Below are positions 1-12,811 of a stretch of 64,000 bases of DNA, one piece after another. Below the pieces are notes generated by a model. That model searched no databases and was not told the origin of the DNA. It was given only the letters and a program-made list of their open reading frames with translations. The translations under genes and the position numbers were made by a program. Origin of the DNA: Catajapyx aquilonaris (taxonomy: Eukaryota); contig KZ538183.1 of the NCBI GenBank assembly GCA_000934665.2, positions 1 through 64,000 on the forward strand, in the 5' to 3' direction. Position 1 is the first letter of the stretch, and the number at the start of each line of letters is the position of its first letter.

Positions 1-966
1 CTAATTCTTCCCAGCCCCAAAGCACGAATGTTTTGAATTAAATTTGATTATCACACATCCCTATGACACGAACCAACCCCCACCTATGGACTTGTTTCTT
101 ACTTTTAATCTCACCCAGAGAAAGAATAGTTTTCGGCAGTTTTACTGCCTATTTTTATTTAATTCTTTTCATCATCAGAATAAAGCAATGTAAATATATT
201 TTAGGTATTTTAATTATTATTAAGAGCCTCTCCGCATCGACTCTCAGACAAGTACATGGGTCATGGTGGGTTTTTCTGTGGTGCAGAAAGGGAGCGAGAG
301 TCACAAAACTGACACTATCGAAATCGCCACGTAACTCAAAAAGTAAAGGTTTTTCTCAAAAAAAAAGGTAGGCAGAAGGGCACCTCCTGGGAACATTGCG
401 GTTCTAATGACGCATTGTATGACCCTCTACGACGCACCGTTTAGGCTGTACCCTGGTCTAAGTAACGACACTTTTTTGAACTTTGACCCCGGCTAATGAC
501 CCCGGTAATGGCCCTAGTTGTTGTTTATCTATCTAAAGTTTGAAACTGTAGTGAACGGAGTGTAAATCTTGTTTCCGAGTTGAAATCGATTAACCCGATC
601 GCGAGTTATGAAGTTGGGAAATTAACATTGGGAGCGTAGCGATTCCTCACTATTCGTTTTTGGCGGGCCCCGCTTCGCGGGGCAACCGGCAGGTGGAGTT
701 GGCGGGCCCTGCATGCTGGTTGCGGCAGGGAGGAAGAATAGAAAAAAGGGTGACATAATGTCACAATATTAGCAACTAATACTTTGGATAACTACTAAAA
801 GTAACTGCTTCAAAATAAGCAGCTTAGTGTCAAAAATCTGTAACTGTATGATCATTTCAGCTAGAACAATCTGTGGCCTATAAAGAATGTGTGGCAATGT
901 CACAAGTACTAGCTTTAAAATAAAATGCCTTTATTAGTAAAACCTAAATAAAACTGCAACAATTAC

Positions 967-3900
967 CTCTGTGGCCTGCTGCTTCTCAGCAAATTCCTCA
1001 GCTGCCTGCTGAATTTCACTTGCCTGTAGTCCAACCAATACACCAACAGCACTGGCAGTCAGGCGGCCCTAAAATGTAAAATTCATAATCTGAACCCCAA
1101 TCCAAGTATTTTGTAGCAAATGCAAAAGTAAACAAACAAAAACACACCTCATGCTCTTCTTGAGTCATGGTCTGCAGCAGCTTCTGTATGCAAATAAAAA
1201 CACCAACTCAACACTCAACATGCAATACTAATGCAACAAAAAATGAATGTTAGCTAAAACGAGCATGCTGGAATAAGCACACATTTTTGCTGACCTCTTC
1301 AGCTCTTTGTGTCTCAGCAGGGTCAGAAACACTAGCCTCTTCTTCACTCTGTAAAAAATAAATAATGGTATGAATAGAATCCATCCCTATTCCTCATGTT
1401 TCATAATTAAGCTAACATTCATAATGGTAGAAATGTCCCATATGCACACAAGTTCTGTTGGGCCCCTCAGGGGGAGAAGAATGAGAGAGAGGAAAGAAAG
1501 TAAGTAGTAGAGTAAGCAATGCCCAGGGGGAAGTGCATGTCCGCTTCTTCTGACTAACTCAAATGGGTAGGATCAGGAAGACCAACTTGATGCAGGAGCA
1601 TCCACAACATATCCACTGATACGAATGTAAGCTTAATTATGAGACACGTAGTATAAATTAGGATCCATTTATATTTTAAATGCGTACTGGTGACTGAAAA
1701 GTCCCAGCAACGTGACCTCGATCACCATATTCCAGCAGTGTGGCCTGAATCCTCATGGACTCATCTGGCAACCTCTCTGTACCTTTCCGCCGTAGTATTC
1801 GATGAGGCCGGTAAGTCTCCTGCAAATTATGCAATGACAAACATATTGTTATACAGTAGGGGAGACAGGGGCTAGATGGCACACTTTTTACATTTCATTT
1901 TTTTCTGAGGCCAGTTAAGACTTATTCACTGTAATTTTTATACTGATAAATACTTTAGACATCTGAGCATATATGTGATATTTTCAAATGTTTGCATTTT
2001 AAATATGCTATCCACTAGAAATTATTTAAAAATCCTCTGCACGTGTGCCATCGTGCCCCTTGCCTGGGGCACGATGGCACAAGGCATGGGGCACGTTTGC
2101 ACAGTAATGTAAGACTAAGGTAGGGCTTATGAAATAATATGAAAATCACTTCCACACACATTATCGATTCCTACCCATATAGTTGCAAGTGATTACAAAG
2201 ATATTCAGAACTTTTTGCCTGCAGGATAACATAGCGTGCCCTCCAGCTAAGGAGCAAGTAGCCAGCAACTGGGAAGAGTGCATGGGCCCAGCTTAATAAG
2301 TGACAGGGGAGAGGCACTAGACTAACTAGAGGCTGCCATGATTTTCCATAGTCACCATGGTCCGCCAAGGTTGCTAGGGACAAGTGCCATCGTGCCCCTT
2401 AGGCATTTTTTTACCTTTCTTGTCCTCCTGCTCTGAAGTGACAAATATTAAATGGCCATGTATGCTGTCATTTTGTAGGCAGATATTCTGCCTTGCAAAC
2501 GCATTATTGGGCTCAGTGATCTAGCACTTCCATTGGAAGAAAAAAGAAAAATTAATGAGAAATTGAAATTTAATCAAATTGTCAAAAATCGAAAAAATCG
2601 GTACTGCCGCCGACAGTCTTTTGCGATTGAATTGAAAATACAATGTAATGTGGAGCATGTCTATCTGCACCGACTACATAAGCATTATGTCCGTGAACCT
2701 AATAGCCTCTTCAAAAATTTGACTGTGCCATCGTACCCCTGTAGCCATTGTGCCCCGGTCTCCCCTACTGGTATTAAAATGTTGTTTCAAGAATTGAAAG
2801 TCATGATTCACAACTTTTCAAGGGCTGTATTTCATAAAATATTGGATGATTGGAAAGTATTGGGAAAGAGAGCTGACACATTTATTCAAAATTAAATGGT
2901 TTTAAAACTGCAACTGAAATGAGTTTGGAATTACTTTCATTTAATTATTTTACTTAGGCCAGTAAGACTGTTTGCCTTCTCTATGATCATCAAAGTTCTG
3001 AACAAGTCTAAATGTGCATTCCCAAAGGGGGCCCAAAACTTTCCAACCACTCTCAAGCAATATTGGTTAGGAGCAAGCAAATGTGATACTTGCTCTCTAA
3101 TCATGATCATATGGCATTTTCAGTGTGACCAGTCTTCAGATATCATGTAAAAAGAGAGAAAAATTAACTGTCCTTACCTTAAGTGATTTGATACTGGAAT
3201 TCACACTTGGAATAGTCGTTGCCAACATTTGGTCCTCTGGCAACTGATGATCCTTATGGAACTTGAAGGCAGCATAAGAGCGGACTGAGTCACCAGTCTC
3301 TTCCCGGACTTCAATTGCTTTTTTCACCAACCACTGCAAAATTCGGACAGTATGTCATATACATATACAGAGTGTTCCAAGTATTCTTCTTCCCTGGTCC
3401 AAGGATTGGGATCAGGGAAGTTGAGAACATTACTGCTGATCTAGACCACGTAAGGACCTTGCACCAAGTGACCAAGAGGTAAAGTAACAGGCTTGGCAGC
3501 AAGTGTTCATTATTATCTTACAAAATCTGACCTCACAGTTTTAAAAATGACCCAATCAACATAATGGGCAGGTCCAGTATAATTCCTTTTTTATCATGTG
3601 GCTACATTGATGTCTGGGGAGAATGCTTCCAAAATTAAATTTCGATATTCCAATAATGCCGAAAATTGTCAAGATTTCCCAAACCCAAATTTTAGACAGT
3701 ATACATCTCTTTGTTACACTTTTAAAGGAAGGGTTCAGTGATTTTGCATGTTGGGTTTCAAAAGGTCAAGGAAGACTCGCTGATTCCAAAAATGTGGTCG
3801 TTTTTTTAAAATCTGACGCCACGTAAGCATATGCTGTCAGTGAAAGTAAAAAACGGCTACTGTATTTGATACGGTAATCGTACAGCTAGCGCCTCTCATG

Positions 3901-6049
3901 GAGATCCCGGTAATCTGCATGGGCGAGAGATTGGCTTAGCCGCGAAGACAATTTTTTAACTAGGAAGTGGATGGATCACTTGGCCCTTCCTCCGACACCG
4001 TCTCATGCGGCCAAGATGTGGGAAATGTGTATACCTCGTCTCTCTCCGGATTATACCTCGCGACACCCGTTCTTGGTAAGTCTAGAACTGGTATGGAAGC
4101 ATCCCACCTTGGGCATCACTTGCCCTCCCTCCGCCGTGCCCTTCTCATAATCCCCTGCCTTCCCATATGGCCCTTGGCACCCGGGGCAAGTTCCGCTCGG
4201 ATCGAAAACACAAAACCTGGCTTGCACGTGGTTTGTCGCTATAGGGGCAGCCACCTTTTCTCGTGCTTAGAGCTTCCATCCTTGCCGCTAGAGGAAACCT
4301 GTGTTCGGTGCTGATTTTTAAAAAATCGATTTTGACTTGAAATTTTACACTTATGGTGCATTTGCTACCAAAACTGACCGGATATTCAGAATCAGGGAGT
4401 CCTGCTTGATTTTTTAAGCCGAACATGCAAAATCACTGAACCCTTCCTTTAAGATTAATTTCAGTTCTTGCACAACTCTCTGGGTAAGGTTGTTTGAGAT
4501 ACCATGCAGCATTTTAATCAAATTCAGCCATTCTTGTAACTCCAATGAAAATTCTTTTTTTAGCCAAATGGCCATAGGCACATTTGTTTAGGGTGGAGTA
4601 CTTCCAGTTTAAAACATCTGAACAATATCTGAAATACCAAGGGATACTCTTGGTACAATCTGATGCAGAATGACCCATTAAAGGGACACTCCACTCAAAA
4701 TACAAGTTGGGTTCTAAAAATCGGGCAAAAAATCCTGATTCCGAGGGTATAAGCAGTTTTTCTTAGAGACGAACGGTAAGGCCAGTGTGAAAGCTGGAAG
4801 GGTGTCGTTCGAAAAGCGCGCGCGGGGCGGTGGGCGCAGGTGGCGACGCCACCAGAGTGGAACCGGGCGGAACTAGAGAAGGTGATCAACAAACAACTGC
4901 CGCGCCAGGCTGGCGCGGCTCTCCTCTTCTCTCCTTCTCTACTTCTCCGGTTTGCCGCGAGATGCTGTTGTATCGCCCTTCTTAGCAGACGATGCGAGAC
5001 AACGTGTGTAGATATATGATTTTCCGTGTTACCGTTGGGCGTAGAAAAAAAACGATTGCACATTCGGAATCAGGATTTTTTGCCCGATTTTTGGGGGCCA
5101 ACTTGTATTTTGAGTGGAGTGTCCCTTTAAGCATTTACTGGTTCAAATATCCTACCTGAAGCACAGGGTATATATTGATGCAGTCCAGACCCTGAACCTG
5201 ATGTGGTTCCAGGCGATGAGGACACTTCATTTGTGTCAACACAGCAACAATCTTCTCTGTTAAAGAACTGTGAATGGAAACAGAATAATGTGACATATAG
5301 CAAAATGAAAGCAGTAATTACGAATACTTTTACCTACATTTTTTGTCCTATAGTAAGATTTTCTTGGAACAGCAGGTCGACGTCAACATCAAAATTGCAC
5401 ACTTCCAGGCACCAGGTAAGGCCTCCCACTATCTGCAAAACAGATACCAACAGTCTTTAATAGTGCCAAAAAATGCCACAAAAATTATAGCCTAGGCCAG
5501 GGGTATTCAACTAGTTTATGACAAGGTCCAGTATTTACCTTTCCTGGGCCATTCAAGGTCCCCCCCCCCCCCCCNNNNNNNNNNNNNNNNNNNNNNNNNN
5601 NNNNNNNNNNNNNNNNNNNNNNNNNNNNNNNNNNNNNNNNNNNNNNNNNNNNNNNNNNNNNNNNNNNNNNNNNNNNNNNNNNNNNNNNNNNNNNNNNNNN
5701 NNNNNNNNNNNNNNNNNNNNNNNNNNNNNNNNNNNNNNNNNNNNNNNNNNNNNNNNNNNAAGGGGTTTTTTTTTTGGGGGGGGGGGGGGGTTGAAGGTCA
5801 CGTGAGCTTAGGTGAAAGTGGGAGATTTGAATGGGTGCGTATTATAAAATTGGTAGCACTTTTTCCAAGAAATCATGAATTAGTAATTTCTAATGCTATT
5901 TCAAACTGTCCTGTATATCGTCGCGGTCCGGACAAAATTATGTCGCGGTCCACCAGTTGAATATCCCTGGCCTAGGCTACAGTTGATGTGAAACAAAAAT
6001 TTTATTCAAGTGGGTTTGAATTTACTGAGTCTGCAAGCTAAAAGGTGGC

Positions 6050-6086
<37 letters not shown>

Positions 6087-7895
6087 TTCACCTTTTCAAA
6101 CAGTTCCTTCTAATTATTTACCATTAATTATATTAGTAGTCAGTAACTGTATTTCTAACCATGTTTCTACTTACGTAAGAGGGCATTCCACTATTATCAA
6201 CAAGGTACCCACATCTGTATATAAGAAAATTATGAGGTCTGTTTCCAAGCCTGGTAAGCCCTGGGGTTGGAACGCGGAGTTGACTCAACCCCGCGGATGT
6301 TCGACATTATGCATACGGATCGGGCTCAACCCCGGGGTTAACCCCAACCCGCTCTCAACCCGGGGTTCCTCAACCCCGGGTTGAGAATGTGCATTATGAA
6401 TACGGGCCTAAAACACTGTACTATGAGAAATTCCTAAGAGTCCAGACTTACAGGACACCCTGTTCTGACATCTCGGGAGGGGTTATTTTTAGCTCACACT
6501 GGAAGGCGGAAATACTTATTAGCATACGCCATGGTAGTTTAGCCCCTGTCCACAAGGTGGAAGGTGCAGTTTGAGCCTCAAACTGCGTCATTTCTGTCTA
6601 AACTCTAGCGTGCCCAGTTCAAAAACCAGCAGGACATCATATGATGTCCATAGTAAACCTCGCAGGGGGTGAGGGTAATAAACCATTATTATTATTATTA
6701 CTATCATATAGAATTATCAAGGATTTTTTACAGGGGTTGAAGCCGCAAAAAAAACGCGTAGATGTTGCAATAGGATGACGTCACCATCTTGTGCATAGTA
6801 TATGAGGCGGTTGATGGCCTCTCTCGATATGCAACGTAGGTTGGTATGTCTCGCAATGTTCAGCCCCCTCTTGTGCATGAATCGAGAGCAAAACCAATGG
6901 TGCCAGATCCAGTCATTTTCACCTAGGGTGCTCTTTTTAAACCCCCACCCTAAGAGTGCATTATCGAGCGGGAGACAAAGGGTTAACATGACCCAGTGGT
7001 AACTTGTAATAAACTCACTGTCAGCAATAAATTTTGGAAAATAAACCTGCATTGAAGTGCCTTATCATGTTATGGAAATTCCCACTCACTGCCTGGAAAT
7101 GGTTTAATGATCAAATGTTTCTTTACAAGTGATATTCTACCATAAACCCTGCATGATTAAAATACCCTCCAACCTTATCGAAGGCAGATAGCCCTTTGAT
7201 CCTGGCCCTGAAGTATCCTGCGGCCACCAGCAACTCCATAATCTCTTGCAGCTTGGCGCTTTGCTCTTCATCTTCCCTGACTTCAGCCTGAAAACCAAAA
7301 GAACTTAGAGCAACAAGTAATTAAAATGGACTACAATAGCAAAGGATGTTATTGATATCCAACAGCCTATGGCATCTTGATCAGGACGACAGCATCCATT
7401 AGTCACTTACTTTCAGGCAGTAATTTTTAGGGCTCATCAGACAGACCCAGGTGTATCAACTCATAACAGAGAAAACCTCTGGTAATATATTGTGAACACT
7501 TACGCATAATCATAAATTTTCTTACATACAAACGACCCTCATGCTCGAACTCCAATGACTTTCCACTGCAAGTGAACCATTTGGTACTTACTGGCATAAG
7601 CGCAATTGTTTTGACCTTCGATTTTTTCGACATTTTTAAAGAATATACACAAGGAATTTCCTGTGATTTTCCCAAGCAAGAGTGACACTCCAGCTTGAAA
7701 AACCCAACATTTTATTAATGAATGCTGCAGAGTAGAGTGGGTGGGTAAATTATCATCTGAATCACAGTGAAAAGACCGACAAAGCCTCACCTCTGCGTCT
7801 CCTTCAGCTTTGGCGGGTCTCCTGGACTTTAGAAGAAGCTTGCTTCGGCTGCTGGACCGGGAAAAGGGCGCTTCCAACCCCTCGTTGGATGCCAT
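967..7895 (-). CDS. CCDC93: Coiled-coil domain-containing protein 93 (CCC/Commander subunit), 5' part; remaining exons lie outside the window
   Basis: Exons 7895-7791, 7287-7174, 5432-5338, 5267-5156, 3333-3178, 1819-1688, 1348-1295, 1183-1148 and 1068-967 have GT-AG boundaries and join in phase. Translation includes [76 protein letters not shown]...[15 protein letters not shown]...QWLVKKAIE...[10 protein letters not shown]...RLTASAVG, which matches the CCDC93 N-terminus as I know it. Confidence 0.93.
1854..2770. mobile_element. Non-autonomous TIR DNA transposon (pogo/Tc1-like MITE) in a CCDC93 intron
   Basis: Ends CAGTAGGGGAGACAGGGGC ... GCCCCGGTCTCCCCTACTG, TA on the left flank, internal repeats of GTGCCATCGTGCCCC. 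Confidence 0.7.
3726..4448. mobile_element. Kolobok-like MITE
   Basis: TTAA on both sides (3722-3725, 4449-4452). TIRs AGGAAGGGTTCAGTGATTTTGCATGTT / AACATGCAAAATCACTGAACCCTTCCT with purine-purine 5' termini. Confidence 0.8.
4682..5126. mobile_element. Kolobok-like MITE
   Basis: TTAA TSD (4678-4681, 5127-5130) and TIRs of about 60 bp starting AGGGACACTCCACTCAAAATACAAGTTGG. Confidence 0.82.
5498..5969. mobile_element. hAT-type MITE (contains an assembly gap)
   Basis: 8-bp TSD GCCTAGGC (5490-5497, 5970-5977). TIRs CAGGGGTATTCAACT / AGTTGAATATCCCTG. Confidence 0.85.
6049..6085. repeat. (AAT)n microsatellite
   Basis: Direct reading of the sequence. Confidence 0.9.
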
Positions 7896-8244
7896 CTTTG
7901 TAGTCACCTGACTGCAGACATGTTGGAACTCTTGTCATGTGGCTTTGTCCCTGCAAGGCCATTGGTTAAGAGTCCACATATGACGCTCTTTTTGAGTACA
8001 TGGTTGGCCTGGTGTTACTGCTCGCACCCAGCGCCAACAGATGGCGCGCATGGCAGCGTCGCCCGTTTTTGCCCAGACCCACCCAGACCCCAGAGTTGCC
8101 CATACTGCCCTACATCGTGGTCTCATATTGACCAATTTCCAGATGCGCGCCTCTCGCGGCCACATTTGGCCTGCTCACCAAGATGGCGGTGAAATGCTAG
8201 CAGAGGCGGGACTTTCCTATCCCTGCCCATGTTAAATGCCTCTG

Positions 8245-8826
8245 CTTGCTCGCGTCTGGGGGTCTGGCCCCGGGAAAGATCTTGTTGACATATTTTTTTC
8301 TGGAGTGAGGAGGTCCCTGGCCTGCCCTCACCAGGTTCCAAACGTTAATTGGGCCCCGGGTGGACTGCCCCCGGAGTGATTTTGTTAGCGGTGATCGCGC
8401 TTTACTCATTGCTGTCCGGGCTCCGATTGTCCGCGTCTGGGGGTCTGGCCCCGGGGCAGATCTTGTTGACATTTTTTTGTGGAGTGAGGAGGTTCCTGGC
8501 CTGCCCTCACCGGGTTCCAAACGTTAATTGGCTCCCGGGCGGACTGCCCCCGGAGTGATTTCGTGAACGTGCGAGTTTCTCAATACTAATCCGGTCTCTT
8601 TATTGTCCGCGTCTTATGGCTTGGCCCCAGGGCAGATCTTGCTGGTAATTTTTTTTGGAGTGACCAGAGACCGGACCTTCCCTTACCCGGTGCCTGAGTG
8701 AATCGGCCCCGAGGCGAACTGCCCCCGGAGTTATTTTGTGAGCGGTGACCGCGCTTTTCTCATTATTATATCCGCCCTCTTACTGTCCGCGTTTGGTGGT
8801 TTGGCCCCGGGGCAGATGTTGTTGAG
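8245..8826. repeat. Tandem repeat, unit about 180 bp, about 3.3 diverged copies
   Basis: Motif GCGTCTGGGGGTCTGGCCCCGGGGCAGATCTTGTTG recurs near 8252, 8433, 8609 and 8789. Confidence 0.85.
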
Positions 8827-9173
8827 CATGAACCCTTTTGATAATGGACCTCACTTTTGACTATGTGTGTGTAAATTTGTAGCTTGCTCATAAATTTTTT
8901 TTATGTGTCATTTATTTTTTTTCTTCTAAAATCTAAATTGTGGCTATACGTATAGGCTACTATGGAAGAAAGTCGTGCTCATTGTAAAATCAGTTATTGC
9001 TTGAAGATTTGATTATTATCAAGAGTTGTTATTATTGGGAATTATTACGGGAATTCGTTATATGCAATTTAATATTATATTTAATATAATAATGCAATTG
9101 AATTCACTACCCTTGTCTCAAGGGATGCTTGTAAACCACGTTAACCTGAACTGACCTACCCAGGTACCACATA

Positions 9174-9597
9174 CAGGGTGTATCTGAACTCAGTGCCCCG
9201 ACGTATATGACTGCCTTCCTAGCCACCAGAGGATCGATTTAAGTATAGGAATCATATGTCTGGGCAGCCTCATTACTGAGATACACTCTTTAGCGATTTT
9301 TGCCTAATCGCTCCTTCTGACTTTTAAATAGAATTTTCTGGTGTAACTAGCCAAAGAGGCCTTACCACCTGTGGGCAACAAACCAACAAAGTCCCGCCCC
9401 CAGACCTTCCAGAGCCTTCTGACTGGGGGAGGGTTCGATGGGTGGCCTAACCGACAGGATATTTTGTACTACATGTTTGCGGCCAATTATCTCCGTAATG
9501 CGGCGGCCAAACATAATGACTCCTATACTTAAATCGATCCACTGGTGGCTAGGAAGGCAGTCATATACGTCGGGGCACTGAGTTCAGATACACCCTG
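9174..9597. mobile_element. Tc1/mariner-type MITE
   Basis: TA flanks and near-perfect TIRs of about 80 bp starting CAGGGTGTATCTGAACTCAGTGCCCCGACG. Confidence 0.85.
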
Positions 9598-10186
9598 TAT
9601 AGACCCCAAAAATATCCCCTGAAGCACCCAAAACAATAGGACATTATATAACCAGGGTCGTATAGTTCACATATAAGCCGCTTCAACTCCGCAATGTTGA
9701 CATATTTAGCACTTGGCAACAAGGCCCACCAACCTTACACTATCCCATGCACAATGGTCCCCATACATCCAAAGTACATGGAAAGTGTATTCCTTGTTAT
9801 TCATGGCTTGTTGTCAATTGCTCATCGCTCATCCCGGCTCGTCCCATACTGCGCCAGCCTGCTTTCGAGTACCCCACACCATTCCTCCGTGGGCACCGTC
9901 CGTCGCAGGTCTCAAGTCCTGCCAGGACTCAGTAAGCCTATATCAGCTCCGCAGACGAGTTCCTCCAACTTTGCCACATCACTTTCCCAACCAAATCTTA
10001 GCCGGCAGGGTGGACCTCAAGCCCTCAATCGCCCTCAATGTACACAAAATGCATCTTTTATATGTGGGATAAGTGTCTCTGGGAGCCAGGGGAATTGATG
10101 GGTATATGCCTGAAAGTGTTATAAGCGGAAAAATTTACCATTGGACCTTATGGGACGGATCAAAGTACCGGATAAAAGGGCATTAA

Positions 10187-10657
10187 CCCTTAACTACGTA
10201 GGTGGGTGAAACACCTTTAACTACGTAGGTGGAGCCTGAGAGGCTCCAACGGTATATTTAAATTTCTGCTTATCAACTAAATTGTTATATTGGACTTTTC
10301 ACATACAGAAAGGGCAGTTCAGATCATTAGGCTTCCGATAACGTAAAAATCACACGCTGAGTCTGCATATTCCGACAGGGAAAAATTCTTAATTAAAAGG
10401 TTACATCATGCTTGAGCCGCTCAGTCTTCACCTGCATAGGTAGAGCCAGTATAGAGTCCAGGAGGGACCTGTTCCTCGTTACGAATTTTTTTAAACCAAA
10501 CAATAGGGACTAAAAAAAATTTTCTTTCCTTTTCATGCTTAGGAAGGTTTGTCTGACAAAGTCACGGAAGGACAGGGGAAAATAAAATTCGCTGAAAAAG
10601 TTACATGCGTTTAAATAGTGCTTGGAGCCTCTCAGGCTCCACCTACGTAGTTAAGGG
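10187..10657. mobile_element. piggyBac-type MITE
   Basis: TTAA|CCCTTAACTACGTAGGTGG ... CCACCTACGTAGTTAAGGG|TTAA. Confidence 0.85.
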
Positions 10658-10854
10658 TTAAAAGCGGGAAAACGTTATAAAGGGTGTCTCAACTTTTTTG
10701 TCCTGGCACATCCCTCAACAGTTGAGGGATGTGCCAGGAATGTTGGGGCATATTCTGGCTACATATCTAGAAGATACATAGGCTTTTCCGATAACTGATG
10801 GGACAAAAAAGTTTAGACACCCTGTATATGCGGGAAAGCGTTATATGGAGATTT

Positions 10855-11276
10855 AAAAAAATATATATACCCCGTGCTAGAGCCATGGGCTCTCTTAGGG
10901 GAGTGGAATACCACTATGTGCAGGGACAGGGTAGAGATAGGAGGGTGGGGGGACACTGGTGCATGTGCAATGTCATCAAGTTGGGGGTCGTGTGCAGTCC
11001 CTCAGGGGGCCCCCCTGAGGGACTGCACACGACCCCCAACTTGATGACTCCCTAGATGCGAGTCAGAAATCCCCCCACTGACCCGCACCTCCTCCAGGAC
11101 AGGGAAAGGAAGGAAGCGGCTGTGGCCTATTTTACGGTACGATCCCGGAAATTTTCCTGGGGTGACCTTGGAAAACCACAGAAAACCAAGGTCAGGACCG
11201 CCGGCCTCCGGGACTCGAACCCAGGACCTCCCGATTAGCAGTCGGATACCATATCCACTCCACCACTACTGCTTCG
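10855..11276 (-). mobile_element. tRNA-derived SINE (family C)
   Basis: 15-bp TSD GTTATATGGAGATTT (10840-10854, 11277-11291). The minus-strand head has a B-box GGTTCGAGTCCC, and the 3' tail is shared with other SINEs in the window. Confidence 0.8.
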
Positions 11277-12811
11277 GTTATATGGAGATTTTATTGTATA
11301 TGTTTTCTGCGCGTGTTTAAAATTACCACCCTACATTACAGTCTCCATTATAAAGAGCTGTAATGTCAGATGTTTCACTCACATACTCATACTAAAATAT
11401 ACAGGGTGTTCCGCTCAGAGCTGAACCCTTTATCTACCGATATCCTGAAATTCAGGATAACGAAAAAATCGCTGTATCTCGAGTGTCCAGATCACGGTGT
11501 TAGTGCTTGAGATGTCGTCGGAATCGTCTACAATATAAGATTAATCTGACAAATATTTGATATTTTAAAGTCAATACTTTGGTCATCAATTGTTGATGCG
11601 AAGATATGCAAAAAAAAAATTAATTTCGCGCCATTATCTATAGCTCTTAGAAGTGCAATAATGCTTGTATGGAGTGAAAAACTGTTCGCGTGCATGACTA
11701 TAAGGTCCTCTTCTATACAACGCATAAGTTTGACATGTTCAGGTCCAGCGATAAGGCGGTAAAAAAAGAGGCTGAGGATCGGGTTACGGTTGCCTGTAGT
11801 CGTGACCGATTCACTCCAGCCTTGCCTTATATTTCCTTCCTTACGCTAAAATAACCCATGCAAAAGTATTGGAGTTGAAGCTAGTAATTATTTAGTTATA
11901 CTATGGCTATGGGGGAAAACAAGGCACAACAAAGTACGTAGACTAATTAGTAAAACGCCAATGACATGGTAGCCATCTTTGATATAGATAACCATTAAGT
12001 TAATGGCGTTTCTAAATTTCGCGATTTACTTCCTAAACTGTAATGAATAGTCATGAATTTCTTTTCGCTCATTGGGCCGATAGGCGATAGTGAACGACTA
12101 TGAAACACGGATGTCTCCCTGATCAGAAGCGAAATTTTGCATCATCACCCCTGCCCTACCTGGAATGATGCTTTAGGCTACAACTCCACTGACAGGAGAT
12201 GGAAATTTTGAAGGGACTCCGTCAGCACATGATTGTGGTTCATACATAATTTGTTTTTATCATTTTAATTAATATATTTATCTCGAGGAACTTTTATGAT
12301 GCACAAGCAGAAGTACAACAATTTTACTATTTTAAACGAACAGGACTGCCTCGAAAACTGTTCCCATTTTATTACTCGAGACATATTTTAACAATATTTT
12401 TCCTCAAATAATATATTACAAACCAATAACATCTATTCTGCTATTCATTCTTTTACTCATCAATAAGGCACTCACCTTCAACCGGCTTCTAGTTTTCATC
12501 CAGGAGATGCTTGTTACGCCTGCGGATTCTGCAATGCGTGTAACAAGGGTGCGGTAGCGGGGAAGTCAGGATAATATGTCCAGAATCAGCAAGAGCACGT
12601 CCATATATTTATTATGCGTAACATAAGTTTTATTGTTCTTAACAGCTGGCTGGCATTACCCTTTGCATCAAAATAATCTGAAACTAGAGCATGATATGCT
12701 TGTCATTCCATACACTTCCGTGCTGCCAAGAAGATGAAATTTATTGCGATGTCCGTAATGGAACACAAGTCGGAATATTAGGTAGAAAGTTGTTAATGAA
12801 AATGAAGATGA

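Noticed and set aside
5560..5790. Poly-C / N / poly-G structure (also near 18540 and 50668)
   Set aside because: Assembly gaps at homopolymers; nothing biological can be inferred.
8245..8826. CRISPR-like array
   Set aside because: The whole unit is repeated with no unique spacers, and the context is eukaryotic.
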